DNA of 64,000 nucleotides from Nitrospiria bacterium (GTDB taxonomy: Bacteria; Nitrospirota; Nitrospiria; DASWJH01), in NCBI GenBank assembly GCA_036397255.1, contig DASWJH010000004.1:31-64030 (forward strand). The letters run 5' to 3'. Positions within the stretch are counted from its first letter, which is position 1. Every line of letters begins with the position of its first letter. Under the pieces are notes generated by a model, which worked only from the letters and a program-made list of their open reading frames with translations, had not been told where the DNA came from and made no database searches. Shown here piece by piece: positions 35,338 through 43,456 of the stretch. The position numbers were made by a program, and so were the translations under genes.

Positions 35338-36173
35338 AAAAAAGGGTTATGACGCCTTTCTTCCCCAACGGTGGTGGTAGGACCGTGCCCTGGGCAAAGG
35401 ATGGTTTCTTCTGGCAATGTTAATACCTTTTCTTTGAGTGAACTTAAAAGAGTTTGAAAACCATCGGGGGAAAAAGATCGCCCGGTGGATCCCGCAAACA
35501 GTGCGTCTCCCACAAAACAGTATTTTCCGGAATAGTAGGATACTCCGCCGGGGGTATGTCCGGGTGTTTCTAATACCTTGAGGGTTTTTTGGCCACACCC
35601 AATGGTGATCCCTTCCTCGGCCATTTGGTCAGGGGGTTTTGTCTCATGGGCTTTGTAGAGGGGAAGTTCCCTGGCATGAAGATAGACCTGGGCTCCGGTT
35701 TTCGTTCGAATTTTAGAAATCCCGTGAATATGGTCATGATGGGCATGGGTTAAAAGAATGGCTTTAAGAGATAAATCGTTCTCCCATAGGGTTTTTAAAA
35801 CCAGATCGGGGTTGTAAGCAGTATCGATGAGAAGGGCCTCGTTCCGATGGGATGTTACAAACAGGTAGCCCTTCACTTCGTAATCTCCCAGATACCCTTT
35901 TAGCGTAATGACTTCTTTTTCGGCTTCTTTTGGAAAAGGAAGGGGTGTCCAACGTTTATTTCCAATTTCTTCCAGCCGGTTTTTTTCAAGACCGAGAGTT
36001 TGAGCCAACATCCTCAGTTGTTCCGATGTTGGGGTTTCTATTCCATCTTCAAATTTCTTTAGTTTTTTTTCATCCAAGCCGGTTTGGGAGGAAAGACCGG
36101 GTAAGGAAAAACCTTTTCCGGTCCGGGCTTTTTGTAAAATATCTTCAAGGTTATCTTCCAAATGAGGGGCCAT
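35334..36173 (-). CDS. MBL-fold metallo-hydrolase (glyoxalase II-like) with an N-terminal XRE-type HTH-like domain
   Basis: 279 aa. THAHHDH zinc motif and GHTPGG. The N-terminal ~65 aa resemble an HTH (GLSSQTGLDEKKLKKFEDG..PTSEQLRMLAQTLGL). Confidence 0.82.
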   Translation of the reverse strand: MAPHLEDNLEDILQKARTGKGFSLPGLSSQTGLDEKKLKKFEDGIETPTSEQLRMLAQTLGLEKNRLEEIGNKRWTPLPFPKEAEKEVITLKGYLGDYEVKGYLFVTSHRNEALLIDTAYNPDLVLKTLWENDLSLKAILLTHAHHDHIHGISKIRTKTGAQVYLHARELPLYKAHETKPPDQMAEEGITIGCGQKTLKVLETPGHTPGGVSYYSGKYCFVGDALFAGSTGRSFSPDGFQTLLSSLKEKVLTLPEETILCPGHGPTTTVGEERRHNPFF

Positions 36174-36362
36174 GACCAGTTCTCTTCTTAGCAGAAAAAA
36201 CGGTGGAATTTTCTATTTCTTTGAATAAATTCTTCCTATTTATTTGCTTTCTTTAAGTTTTCCGATTCGATGGAAAAATTAACATGGATGGGGTCCTTTT
36301 GTCAAAGATCGTTTTTTTGAATAAAAGCCAAGACCTTGCGTCCAATCCTCGTAGCTTTGCTC

Positions 36363-36391
36363 TTGACAGGACCAAACGGGGTGGCTATGCT
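36363..36391 (+). promoter_or_regulatory. Candidate promoter of the small secreted protein gene
   Basis: TTGACA (36363..36368), a 17-nt spacer, then TATGCT (36386..36391). Confidence 0.5.
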
Positions 36392-36478
36392 GATGGGCAC
36401 TTTAAATTAGGTGTGGCTCCCGCCTTAGCGAAGAGCCTTTGCTCATTCTTAATCAAAGAAAACAAAGGGGGTGATTTT

Positions 36479-36763
36479 ATGTTGAACAAAATCGTAGTAA
36501 TGAGTTTGGCGTTTTTTCTCGTTTTGGGTGGAATAGCCCTGGCGGGAGAAGGGAAAGGAAACCTATCGGGTGAAATTACAAAGATTGATGGGGATATGGT
36601 GACTGTCAAAACAGAAGATGGAGAAGATAAGAAAATCCATGTAGACTCCGCTTCTACCAAAAAAGAAGGAAATTTGGAAGTGGGAACCCATATTGCCGCG
36701 GACGTCACCTCGAAAGGCCACGCCAATTGGATTAAAGAAATTGAAGAAGATGAAGAGGAGTAG
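36479..36763 (+). CDS. Small secreted protein with an acidic C-terminus (hypothetical)
   Basis: Start at MLNKIVVMSLAFFLVLGGIALA (signal peptide) after the AAGGGGG RBS. The upstream part of the 159-aa ORF is probably leader. Confidence 0.6.
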   Translation: MLNKIVVMSLAFFLVLGGIALAGEGKGNLSGEITKIDGDMVTVKTEDGEDKKIHVDSASTKKEGNLEVGTHIAADVTSKGHANWIKEIEEDEEE

Positions 36764-36802
36764 TTCGGGCCTTTTGTCTTTTTTGCTGGGTTAAAAAAAA
36801 AG

Positions 36803-36839
36803 GGCATCTGTAGAGCGTGGTTTTGCAGATGCCTTTTTT
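36803..36839. terminator. Bidirectional intrinsic terminator between convergent genes
   Basis: GGCATCTG, a 15-nt loop, then CAGATGCC. It is flanked by an A-run upstream and T6 downstream. Confidence 0.65.
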
Positions 36840-36881
36840 AATTGGATTTGGCAAAGACTTCCTTATGGAGGGAATGGAAAA

Positions 36882-37253
36882 TTACACAGAGGGTTCTTTA
36901 GAAATTTTTTGGCGGGAGCGTCTTTCCCGCCTTTTTTTTTGCCGGCGAATTTGGTTTCTTTTTTGATCGGCTCTGCTTGGGGTTTTCAGTAGGGTTTCTT
37001 CGATTTTATCCAGGAGGGCACGCCAGGCGAAATACCGGTTAAGTCCTTGGGATCGTGTCTTTTCAGATTTCACCGTTTGACCCGAGGGTCGGTAGGTTAC
37101 ACGGGCCCCGGTAGAGGCTTTATTGGCCCTCTGTCCTCCCGGGCCTGAAGATGGGGTAAACTGCTCCTCAAAATCTCTTCGGTGTAGACCAAGGCGTTTC
37201 AGCCGATGGATTAATTCTTTCTCCTTTTCAGAAGATACAGGAAATTGAAACAT
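36882..37253 (-). CDS. Peptidyl-tRNA hydrolase of the ArfB/RF-1-domain type (ribosome rescue factor-like)
   Basis: 123 aa. GGQ motif (SGPGGQRANK) and a strongly basic C-terminal tail (KRNQIRRQKKRRERRSRQK). Confidence 0.75.
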   Translation of the reverse strand: MFQFPVSSEKEKELIHRLKRLGLHRRDFEEQFTPSSGPGGQRANKASTGARVTYRPSGQTVKSEKTRSQGLNRYFAWRALLDKIEETLLKTPSRADQKRNQIRRQKKRRERRSRQKISKEPSV

Positions 37254-37314
37254 GGAAACTTATCCCCTGGGTTCTTATCGGCCTATGGGTTTTGCAAGAG
37301 GCGGAGGATTTTTT

Positions 37315-37620
37315 TTATGGTTTTGTAGGAGAGGATGGTGCTTTTTCTCCTTTGGGTTTGAATTGGGCCCGGTATAGCCAAGTGCCTGCTGCAATCACCG
37401 GGGGCAATATTACACAAGTGACAGTTAACCCCAATAAAAAATAAAAAACCCTTGCAAGGGTTCCCGCAGGGCCTGAGTAGACTTGCGGGGAAGCGTAATT
37501 GTTTCCCTCACCGGTCATATAAAAAGCATAACTGGAAAAGATAAAATAGCTGAGAATGACCTCAGCACCGAGGCCCATTAGGAATAGCAGAGAAAGTTTA
37601 AATGCGAACGAAAAACTCAT
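37315..37620 (-). CDS. Small integral membrane protein (hypothetical)
   Basis: 101 aa with 2-3 hydrophobic helices. No recognised motif. Confidence 0.45.
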   Translation of the reverse strand: MSFSFAFKLSLLFLMGLGAEVILSYFIFSSYAFYMTGEGNNYASPQVYSGPAGTLARVFYFLLGLTVTCVILPPVIAAGTWLYRAQFKPKGEKAPSSPTKP

Positions 37621-37798
37621 GAAACCGATCGGGGTTGAAACGCTTTTTAAAAGGGTACGCCTTCAACCCAAGGATGTCAAAAGGGATTTATGGTTGGGTT
37701 GAAGGTAAAGAACGTATTTGATATTCTTACTGTATTAATTTCTTTTTGGTGGTCCCAAAGGGTAAACAATCTAATTTTAGTTTGAGTGGAGCAGGAAA

Positions 37799-39067
37799 AT
37801 GGGAATGAAAAAAGTTATGGCCATTTTGGTATTGTTTGTATCCATGGGGTGTTCCGCAATGCAGGGAATGAAATCTCACAAGGCAACCCTTCCAGAGGAA
37901 CCCCCCACTTATGAGCAGGAGGACTACGACCATTTGGGGCAGGCCTCTCCCTATCGAGACCTGGATGCCCTTGAAGAGGGGGCGATTTTGCATGTTCCCA
38001 CCGGGGTGGAGGTGAGTGAGGATCGGCTTTTTAATAACCTGGTGGGTTCCCGAATTATTTATGTGGGAGAAGTCCACTCCAATATGCAGCATCACCGTGT
38101 CCAATTGAAGGTTCTGGAGGGGTTGGAAAAAAAGTTTCCCGGTCAAATTGCCGTTGGAATGGAGATGTTTCAACGGCCCGCCCAGTCTGCTTTGGATCAG
38201 TGGGGGGAAGGAAAATTAGACCCAAAAGGGTTTGAGAAACTGTTTCGTGCCAATTGGTCCCAGGGATATCCCTATTATCAAAACATTTTTGAATGGATCC
38301 AAAAAAAGAAAATCCCTCTGATTGCCCTGAATGTTTCCGATGAAGTTGCGATTGAGGTTTCAAAAAAAGGTTTTGGAAAGGTCTCGGATAAAATAAAAGG
38401 GGACCTTCCGGACCTGGATCCAACCGATCCCTTCCATCGAAAAGCGCTGGAGGCTGCTTTTAGTGGGCATTCCCATGGGGGAGAAAAGGGGTTCGAAAAG
38501 TTTTTAAACACCATGCTTCTATGGGACGAAACCATGGCCGAAAGTGTGGTGAGGTTTTTAAAGAGTCCGGAAGGAAAAAATAAAAAAATGGTGGTGTTGG
38601 CTGGAGGATTTCATGTGGCTCGGGGATACGGGGTTCCCCGCCGGGTTTTTCGCCGTTTTCCCGAACCCTATTCCATTGTTCTTCCCTATACCCCTATTCG
38701 GGAGGTTCCGAAGGGAAGGCCGGATCTTTTAATGGAGAGCTCCGAGCCTCTACTTCCTCTTTACATCGCAGATTATGTTTGGTCGGTGGGGTATGAAGAA
38801 ATAAAAGAGAAGCGGGTTTTTTTAGGGGTCCAGATTGAAAAAGCCGAAGAGGGAGTTCGAATAATTGATGTTCTTCCCGAATCGGTTGCTTCAAAGGCTG
38901 GGTTTCAGCCCGGAGATATTGTCGAATCCTTCGATGGAAAGAGGATGGAAGAACCGTTTGATTTATCCTATGAGGTGGGTCTTCAACAACCCGGCGATAA
39001 GGTTTACATAGAAATTATACGGGACGGAAAGAAGCTGGAAATGGAGGCCACCTTTTCAGCGCCGTGA
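37799..39067 (+). CDS. ChaN/Tiki-like (haem-binding uptake family) protein fused to a C-terminal PDZ domain; possible lipoprotein
   Basis: 422 aa. Signal peptide ending in SMGC. ChaN-like IIYVGEVHSN..H and GMEMF motifs. PDZ-like GVRIIDVLPESVASKAGFQPGDIV. Confidence 0.6.
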   Translation: MGMKKVMAILVLFVSMGCSAMQGMKSHKATLPEEPPTYEQEDYDHLGQASPYRDLDALEEGAILHVPTGVEVSEDRLFNNLVGSRIIYVGEVHSNMQHHRVQLKVLEGLEKKFPGQIAVGMEMFQRPAQSALDQWGEGKLDPKGFEKLFRANWSQGYPYYQNIFEWIQKKKIPLIALNVSDEVAIEVSKKGFGKVSDKIKGDLPDLDPTDPFHRKALEAAFSGHSHGGEKGFEKFLNTMLLWDETMAESVVRFLKSPEGKNKKMVVLAGGFHVARGYGVPRRVFRRFPEPYSIVLPYTPIREVPKGRPDLLMESSEPLLPLYIADYVWSVGYEEIKEKRVFLGVQIEKAEEGVRIIDVLPESVASKAGFQPGDIVESFDGKRMEEPFDLSYEVGLQQPGDKVYIEIIRDGKKLEMEATFSAP

Positions 39068-39781
39068 TCTGAAACGTGAGGAATGATGATGGGGCGGATT
39101 AAAGAAACGGACTGAGGGACGTTTGAAAAAACCGATCAGGATAATTCCCGCCACAAACCCCCCTACATGTGCAAACCAGGCCACCCCACCCCCTCCGCCT
39201 CCCAGACTCGCTCCTCCGCTTAGTAGCTGCATTAAAAACCAGAGTCCGAGGACAAAACCCGCGGGCCAATACATGGTATACATAAAAAATCCGAGAGGAA
39301 CGAGGACCATGACCGATGCTCTGGGATAAAGTAACAAATAGGCCCCCAGGACCCCTGAAATCGCTCCACTGGCCCCGATCATGGGGATGGTAGAAGCGGG
39401 ATCCGTCAGTGCATGGGTGTATGCGGCAACAATGCCACACAGAATATAAAAAATAATAAAACGAACATGACCCATAGCGTCTTCTATGTTATTTCCAAAA
39501 ATCCATAAATAAAGCATGTTTCCCAAAAAATGCATCCATCCTCCATGTAGAAACATGCTAGTCAATAAACTGAAAGAAGCGGGAAGAGCGGCGATTTCTC
39601 TAGGAAGGGATTCTATTCCAAACAAAACCGCGGGAATGGCACCGTATTGATACACAAACAGTTGTCCTGCTCGGGGGGGGAGGGATAATTGAAGGAAAAA
39701 CACCAAACCACACAGGGCGATAAAAGAAACGGTAATATAAGGTGTGATTTCGGTGGGGTTATCGTCTTTAAAAGGAATCAT
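39056..39781 (-). CDS. Rhomboid family intramembrane serine protease
   Basis: 241 aa. HGGWMH..N motif, catalytic GASGAISG, and a downstream AHVGG histidine. Confidence 0.9.
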   Translation of the reverse strand: MIPFKDDNPTEITPYITVSFIALCGLVFFLQLSLPPRAGQLFVYQYGAIPAVLFGIESLPREIAALPASFSLLTSMFLHGGWMHFLGNMLYLWIFGNNIEDAMGHVRFIIFYILCGIVAAYTHALTDPASTIPMIGASGAISGVLGAYLLLYPRASVMVLVPLGFFMYTMYWPAGFVLGLWFLMQLLSGGASLGGGGGGVAWFAHVGGFVAGIILIGFFKRPSVRFFNPPHHHSSRFRSRR

Positions 39782-39874
39782 CTTTATAAAAATTTCTTAA
39801 TTGCGTTTCAGAAGATAACGAATCTTCCACTAGAATGTCAAAAAGAATTTTGTGCGGGAAAAAATGAAACCCAT

Positions 39875-40879
39875 TTACCCCTTTTGATCCTTGGGGTAAA
39901 GATGGGCGACATATGGATCGTAACCGTTAAGCATCAGGGTAGGAAGGCGCTTTTTGGTTCCGATCATCCGCTCGGTGGCCTGGGACCACCGGGGATGATC
40001 GACATTAGGATTCACATTAGCCCAAAAATCATATTCCCGAGGACTTAAGATATTCCAAAAAGTGGCGGGTTGCTTTTCGACAAACTCGATTTTCACAATG
40101 GATTTGATGCTCTTATATCCATATTTCCAGGGAACGATTAAACGTAGTGGGGCGCCGTGCTGTTTCGGTAACGGGTGACCATAGATTCCGGTCACCATCA
40201 TGGTGAGGGGATTCATAGCCTCTTCCATGGTCAGTCCTTCGGTATAAGGCCACGGGGCCCGAAAAGCAAAAAAATTCCCTCCTTGCGTTAACATGAAGCT
40301 GACAAACCGGACATATTTTGCCTTCGATGAGGGTTGAACATGATCGATCAACGCTTTGAGGGGAAAACCGCTCCAGGGAACGGCCATGGCCCAGGCCTCC
40401 ACGCATCGAAGCCGATAAAGCCGTTCTTCCATGGGCATTAACCGCAATAGGTCGTCAGGGTCGAAGGTTTTCGGTTTATCCACCAAACCGGTGACTTCAA
40501 CCGTCCAAGGACGGGTGGAGAGACCTTCTACTTTTTTGTAAACATCGTCCTTATCAACGGAAAATTCATAAAAATTATTAAAACGAGCAGCCACGGATTC
40601 ATCGGTCAAGGGACGATCCAATTTAAATTCCGGGTTTCGGGTGGCGGGGTAGACCTTTGCTTCCGCCTTACTGAGAGGCCATTCCGAAAGGGGTTTAACC
40701 TCCGGTCCGTTTTCTCCTAGCTTGGTGCACCCCGATAAAAGGGCAATGGAGTAGGCCCCCGCGATTCCCGCTGAGGTTAGGAATCTCCGTCGGTTTAAAT
40801 AAACAGTTTCAGATGTTGCCTCACCTTCCGGTATTTCCCAGTTTCTGGGAATTTTAATCAACATATCTTTGGTCTCCAA
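39875..40879 (-). CDS. msrP: Periplasmic protein-methionine-sulfoxide reductase catalytic subunit MsrP (YedY)
   Basis: 334 aa. Tat signal NRRRFLTSAG. Near-collinear similarity to E. coli MsrP (RCVEAWAMAVPWSGFPL, GAPLRLIVPWKYGYKSIKSIV, VDHPRWSQATER). Confidence 0.93.
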   Translation of the reverse strand: METKDMLIKIPRNWEIPEGEATSETVYLNRRRFLTSAGIAGAYSIALLSGCTKLGENGPEVKPLSEWPLSKAEAKVYPATRNPEFKLDRPLTDESVAARFNNFYEFSVDKDDVYKKVEGLSTRPWTVEVTGLVDKPKTFDPDDLLRLMPMEERLYRLRCVEAWAMAVPWSGFPLKALIDHVQPSSKAKYVRFVSFMLTQGGNFFAFRAPWPYTEGLTMEEAMNPLTMMVTGIYGHPLPKQHGAPLRLIVPWKYGYKSIKSIVKIEFVEKQPATFWNILSPREYDFWANVNPNVDHPRWSQATERMIGTKKRLPTLMLNGYDPYVAHLYPKDQKG

Positions 40880-40895
40880 CCGTCATTGTTTTCTT

Positions 40896-41435
40896 TTAGG
40901 GTTCAGACAAGAGCCGTTGGATCATGGCTTCCGTTTTTGAATAACCCCCTTCCCCGATCCGCGAGTAACGAATCTGCCCTTTTTTATCGATTAGATAAAT
41001 CGTGGGCCAATAACGATTATTATAATGATTCCAAATGGAAAAGGTATTGTCAATGGCCACAGAGTATCGGATATTGTTTTTTTTCACATATTCACGGACC
41101 GACTCAATATTTTTTTCGTATGCAAATTCCGGCGTGTGAACGCCAATGATGACAAGACCTTGATCCGAATAGGTTTGATTCCATTTTTTAATTTGAGGCT
41201 CAACATTCCGGCAGTTGTAACAGCCGAAGGTCCAAAATTCCACCATGACTACCTTTCCCCGAAGTTTCGTCAATGATTTAGGTTCGGAATTAATCCAAAA
41301 GGGACTGGAAAAATCCGGTGTTTTTTCCCTTACAAGGGCAGACGTTAATGGGGGAAAAGAGAGAAGGCCTATCATGAGTATTGTTGGAAAAACTCCAACC
41401 ATTAACCCTAAATTTTTTTGAAACTTTTTATTCAT
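40896..41435 (-). CDS. Periplasmic thioredoxin-like protein (TlpA/DipZ C-terminal type)
   Basis: Start at MNKKFQKN just after the upstream gene stop. Signal anchor, CxxC motif FWTFGCYNC, and IGVHTPEFAYEK. Confidence 0.85.
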   Translation of the reverse strand: MNKKFQKNLGLMVGVFPTILMIGLLSFPPLTSALVREKTPDFSSPFWINSEPKSLTKLRGKVVMVEFWTFGCYNCRNVEPQIKKWNQTYSDQGLVIIGVHTPEFAYEKNIESVREYVKKNNIRYSVAIDNTFSIWNHYNNRYWPTIYLIDKKGQIRYSRIGEGGYSKTEAMIQRLLSEP

Positions 41436-41448
41436 AAAAACCTTATCT

Positions 41449-42057
41449 TCAATCCTTACTCTCCTGGGAATTTTTTGGAAGGACATAAAAATGAAGGCCA
41501 ATGGAGGGGGTAAAAGCAAATAGTTGGCTGCTTTGCTCTAGTATGACATGCCGAAAGGCCAATTCAGGTGCCACCCCTAATTTCCAAATACGCGCTTCCC
41601 ACCCCACCCCCAAATAATATCCTCCTCCCAGCAGATTTCCCAAAGACCCCCGTGTGTCTAAAATATTGGCAGTGAGTCCGATTCGCCCAAAAAGGCCATG
41701 TTTGTCCGGGAAAAAGAAATATTTTCCTTCAAACCCGATGTTCCAGAGACGGACCTTGGAATCCGTGCCGGTTGGGGCTGAATCCCGTGATTTTGCCGAT
41801 CCGATTACCGGCCCAAAGGCCAATCCCAAGGCGTATTGAAAGGGTTCTTCATACCATAAATTGATGGTATTGGTCAGCCCAAAGTACCTTTCGGTATCAT
41901 TGACCGCACCGTATTTTATGGAGAGCCACTCAAAATGCTCCCTGGCGCGAAGCCGGACATTGCCGGCTTCTGCCACGGCGGGTAGATAGGCGATCAGGAA
42001 AGTTAATATAACCAGGGAAGACGTTTTCCAAAGTTGGTAGAAGGGGTTTTCCATCAA
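41449..42057 (-). CDS. Putative small outer-membrane beta-barrel protein (hypothetical)
   Basis: 202 aa. Cleavable signal peptide (AVAEA-G). Alternating hydrophobic and aromatic pattern with Gly-rich turns. Confidence 0.4.
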   Translation of the reverse strand: MMENPFYQLWKTSSLVILTFLIAYLPAVAEAGNVRLRAREHFEWLSIKYGAVNDTERYFGLTNTINLWYEEPFQYALGLAFGPVIGSAKSRDSAPTGTDSKVRLWNIGFEGKYFFFPDKHGLFGRIGLTANILDTRGSLGNLLGGGYYLGVGWEARIWKLGVAPELAFRHVILEQSSQLFAFTPSIGLHFYVLPKNSQESKD

Positions 42058-42069
42058 AATTCCCCTTTT

Positions 42070-42558
42070 TTATTTTTTCATCATCTCTGATTCTAATGAA
42101 GCGCGGCCGATTTCCACATTGAATTTTTTGCACCAGACCACCACGCTATTGTAATCTTCTGTATCCACATTGTGGGGGATTTTAAATTCCAGATCTCCGG
42201 AAAACTTTTTTAATTTTCCTAGCTCGACGCCTTTTTGGTAATCTCCGTCTTTAGCCAGATAGACACGGCCATCGGGAACTTTATCAATGGTTGCGCTGGA
42301 CAATCTTAGTAAAGTTTTTCCTTTTTCTATATGAACGATGCTGACTTTTCCTGCTGCCTTGTGACCTTCGGCTCCCTCCAGCATTCCAGTCCTGGCATCC
42401 ATCATCATCATATCTTTTGAATGTTTCCCCATTCCTTTTTCCTGGTCCGTCATCATCTCATTGGAGTGTTTTCCCATTTCTTCTCCCACTGCAAATGTAC
42501 CGAAAACAAGAAGGTAGAAAAAGGTGGCGGCGCTAATAAATTTTATTTCCTTTTTCAT
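42070..42558 (-). CDS. DM13 domain protein with an N-terminal Met/His-rich repeats
   Basis: 162 aa with a signal peptide. Two MGKHS(N/K)(E/D)MM repeats. C-terminal DM13-like pattern (GKVSIV...LRL....D..PDGRVYL....D...G..LG.L....G...F.IP...D...Y..VVVWC..F.V). Confidence 0.65.
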   Translation of the reverse strand: MKKEIKFISAATFFYLLVFGTFAVGEEMGKHSNEMMTDQEKGMGKHSKDMMMMDARTGMLEGAEGHKAAGKVSIVHIEKGKTLLRLSSATIDKVPDGRVYLAKDGDYQKGVELGKLKKFSGDLEFKIPHNVDTEDYNSVVVWCKKFNVEIGRASLESEMMKK

Positions 42559-42597
42559 TTTTATCCTCTCTAATTAAACAGATTTAAATAAATTATC

Positions 42598-42621
42598 CGG
42601 AGGCTACCAAAATGGCCTCCG
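42598..42621 (-). terminator. Possible intrinsic terminator or attenuator after the spondin-N gene
   Basis: CGGAGGC, a 10-nt loop, then GCCTCCG. It is followed on the minus strand by the U-rich AUAAUUUAUUU. Confidence 0.4.
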
Positions 42622-42637
42622 AATATTAGTAAGCGTT

Positions 42638-43327
42638 TTATTGGAGGCGTTGAATTGATATTTTCGCAACCGGGTTTCTCCAATCCTGCTGGCTGGTATC
42701 TAGATCGCCAATACCATGGATGCCCGCGTGTATGTGCACATATCCTTCAGCGCCTTCCGTTACACGAACCTCGCCATTTCCGCAAGGAGGACCAGGGATG
42801 TGGTTGCAATCCTCTGTGTTGCCTTCGCTGCCTGCGTCGTATGCTGGCGCATAGAGGGTGAGTGCTCTTTTGCCTTTGGGCCGGTAAACTCCATTTATTG
42901 CAAAAAAGGCATCGTTGGTGATGGCCAGCATTCCGATGGTGCTGATCTGGTTAAACCTGCCCGGAGCCATGATCTCCATGGTTACGGAATGACCTGGCGG
43001 TAGTGGGCCTGGGGAAACCCCGTAGTCGTAAACAGAAGGCAAGGTGCCCAGCAATGAAACCAGGTCTGCGGTGATCCCATCCTCCGCTAGGGTGGCCAAC
43101 TCAGGTATTGCTGCCGATCCTACTTCAAACAGTTCAAAATTCCGGGTGTGGCTAAACAAAACCGGTGGGGTGAGGACCTGTCCCCGGGTCAAATTGGTGA
43201 TGGTTACCTCAAACCGTGTTCCATGTTCCTCTGAGTCCTCTCCCTCTGCAATGACTGGAGTGGAAGACAAGGCTCCTAATCCTAAAAGAAACCCGGAAAG
43301 AGCGCAAGTTAAAAGAAATCTCTTCAT
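42638..43327 (-). CDS. Secreted spondin N-terminal-like domain protein
   Basis: 229 aa with a signal peptide. Pattern FEVTITNLT.GQ.LTPPV...H....LF..G..A...L..LAEDG is typical of bacterial spondin_N proteins. Confidence 0.6.
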   Translation of the reverse strand: MKRFLLTCALSGFLLGLGALSSTPVIAEGEDSEEHGTRFEVTITNLTRGQVLTPPVLFSHTRNFELFEVGSAAIPELATLAEDGITADLVSLLGTLPSVYDYGVSPGPLPPGHSVTMEIMAPGRFNQISTIGMLAITNDAFFAINGVYRPKGKRALTLYAPAYDAGSEGNTEDCNHIPGPPCGNGEVRVTEGAEGYVHIHAGIHGIGDLDTSQQDWRNPVAKISIQRLQ

Positions 43328-43391
43328 GAATTTTCTCCTTTTCTTGAAAATGACTTTTGATTTAAACCTAAGGAGAAGTGTAATTGTTTAA

Positions 43392-43435
43392 GTTCACAGA
43401 GGTTTCACGAAAAGTTCAAATTTTTATCACGAAAA
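43392..43435. promoter_or_regulatory. Tandem 22-bp direct repeat, candidate OmpR-family regulator binding site upstream of the spondin gene
   Basis: GTTCACAGAGGTTTCACGAAAA followed directly by GTTCAAATTTTTATCACGAAAA. Half-sites sit at about 10-12 bp phasing, 65-108 nt upstream of the start at 43327. Confidence 0.45.
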
Positions 43436-43456
43436 AATGAGAGGGAAAATAAAGGG

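Noticed and set aside
37727-38173. 148-aa minus-strand ORF
   Set aside because: It is antisense to the 5' part of the ChaN-PDZ gene, which has a signal peptide and recognisable domains.
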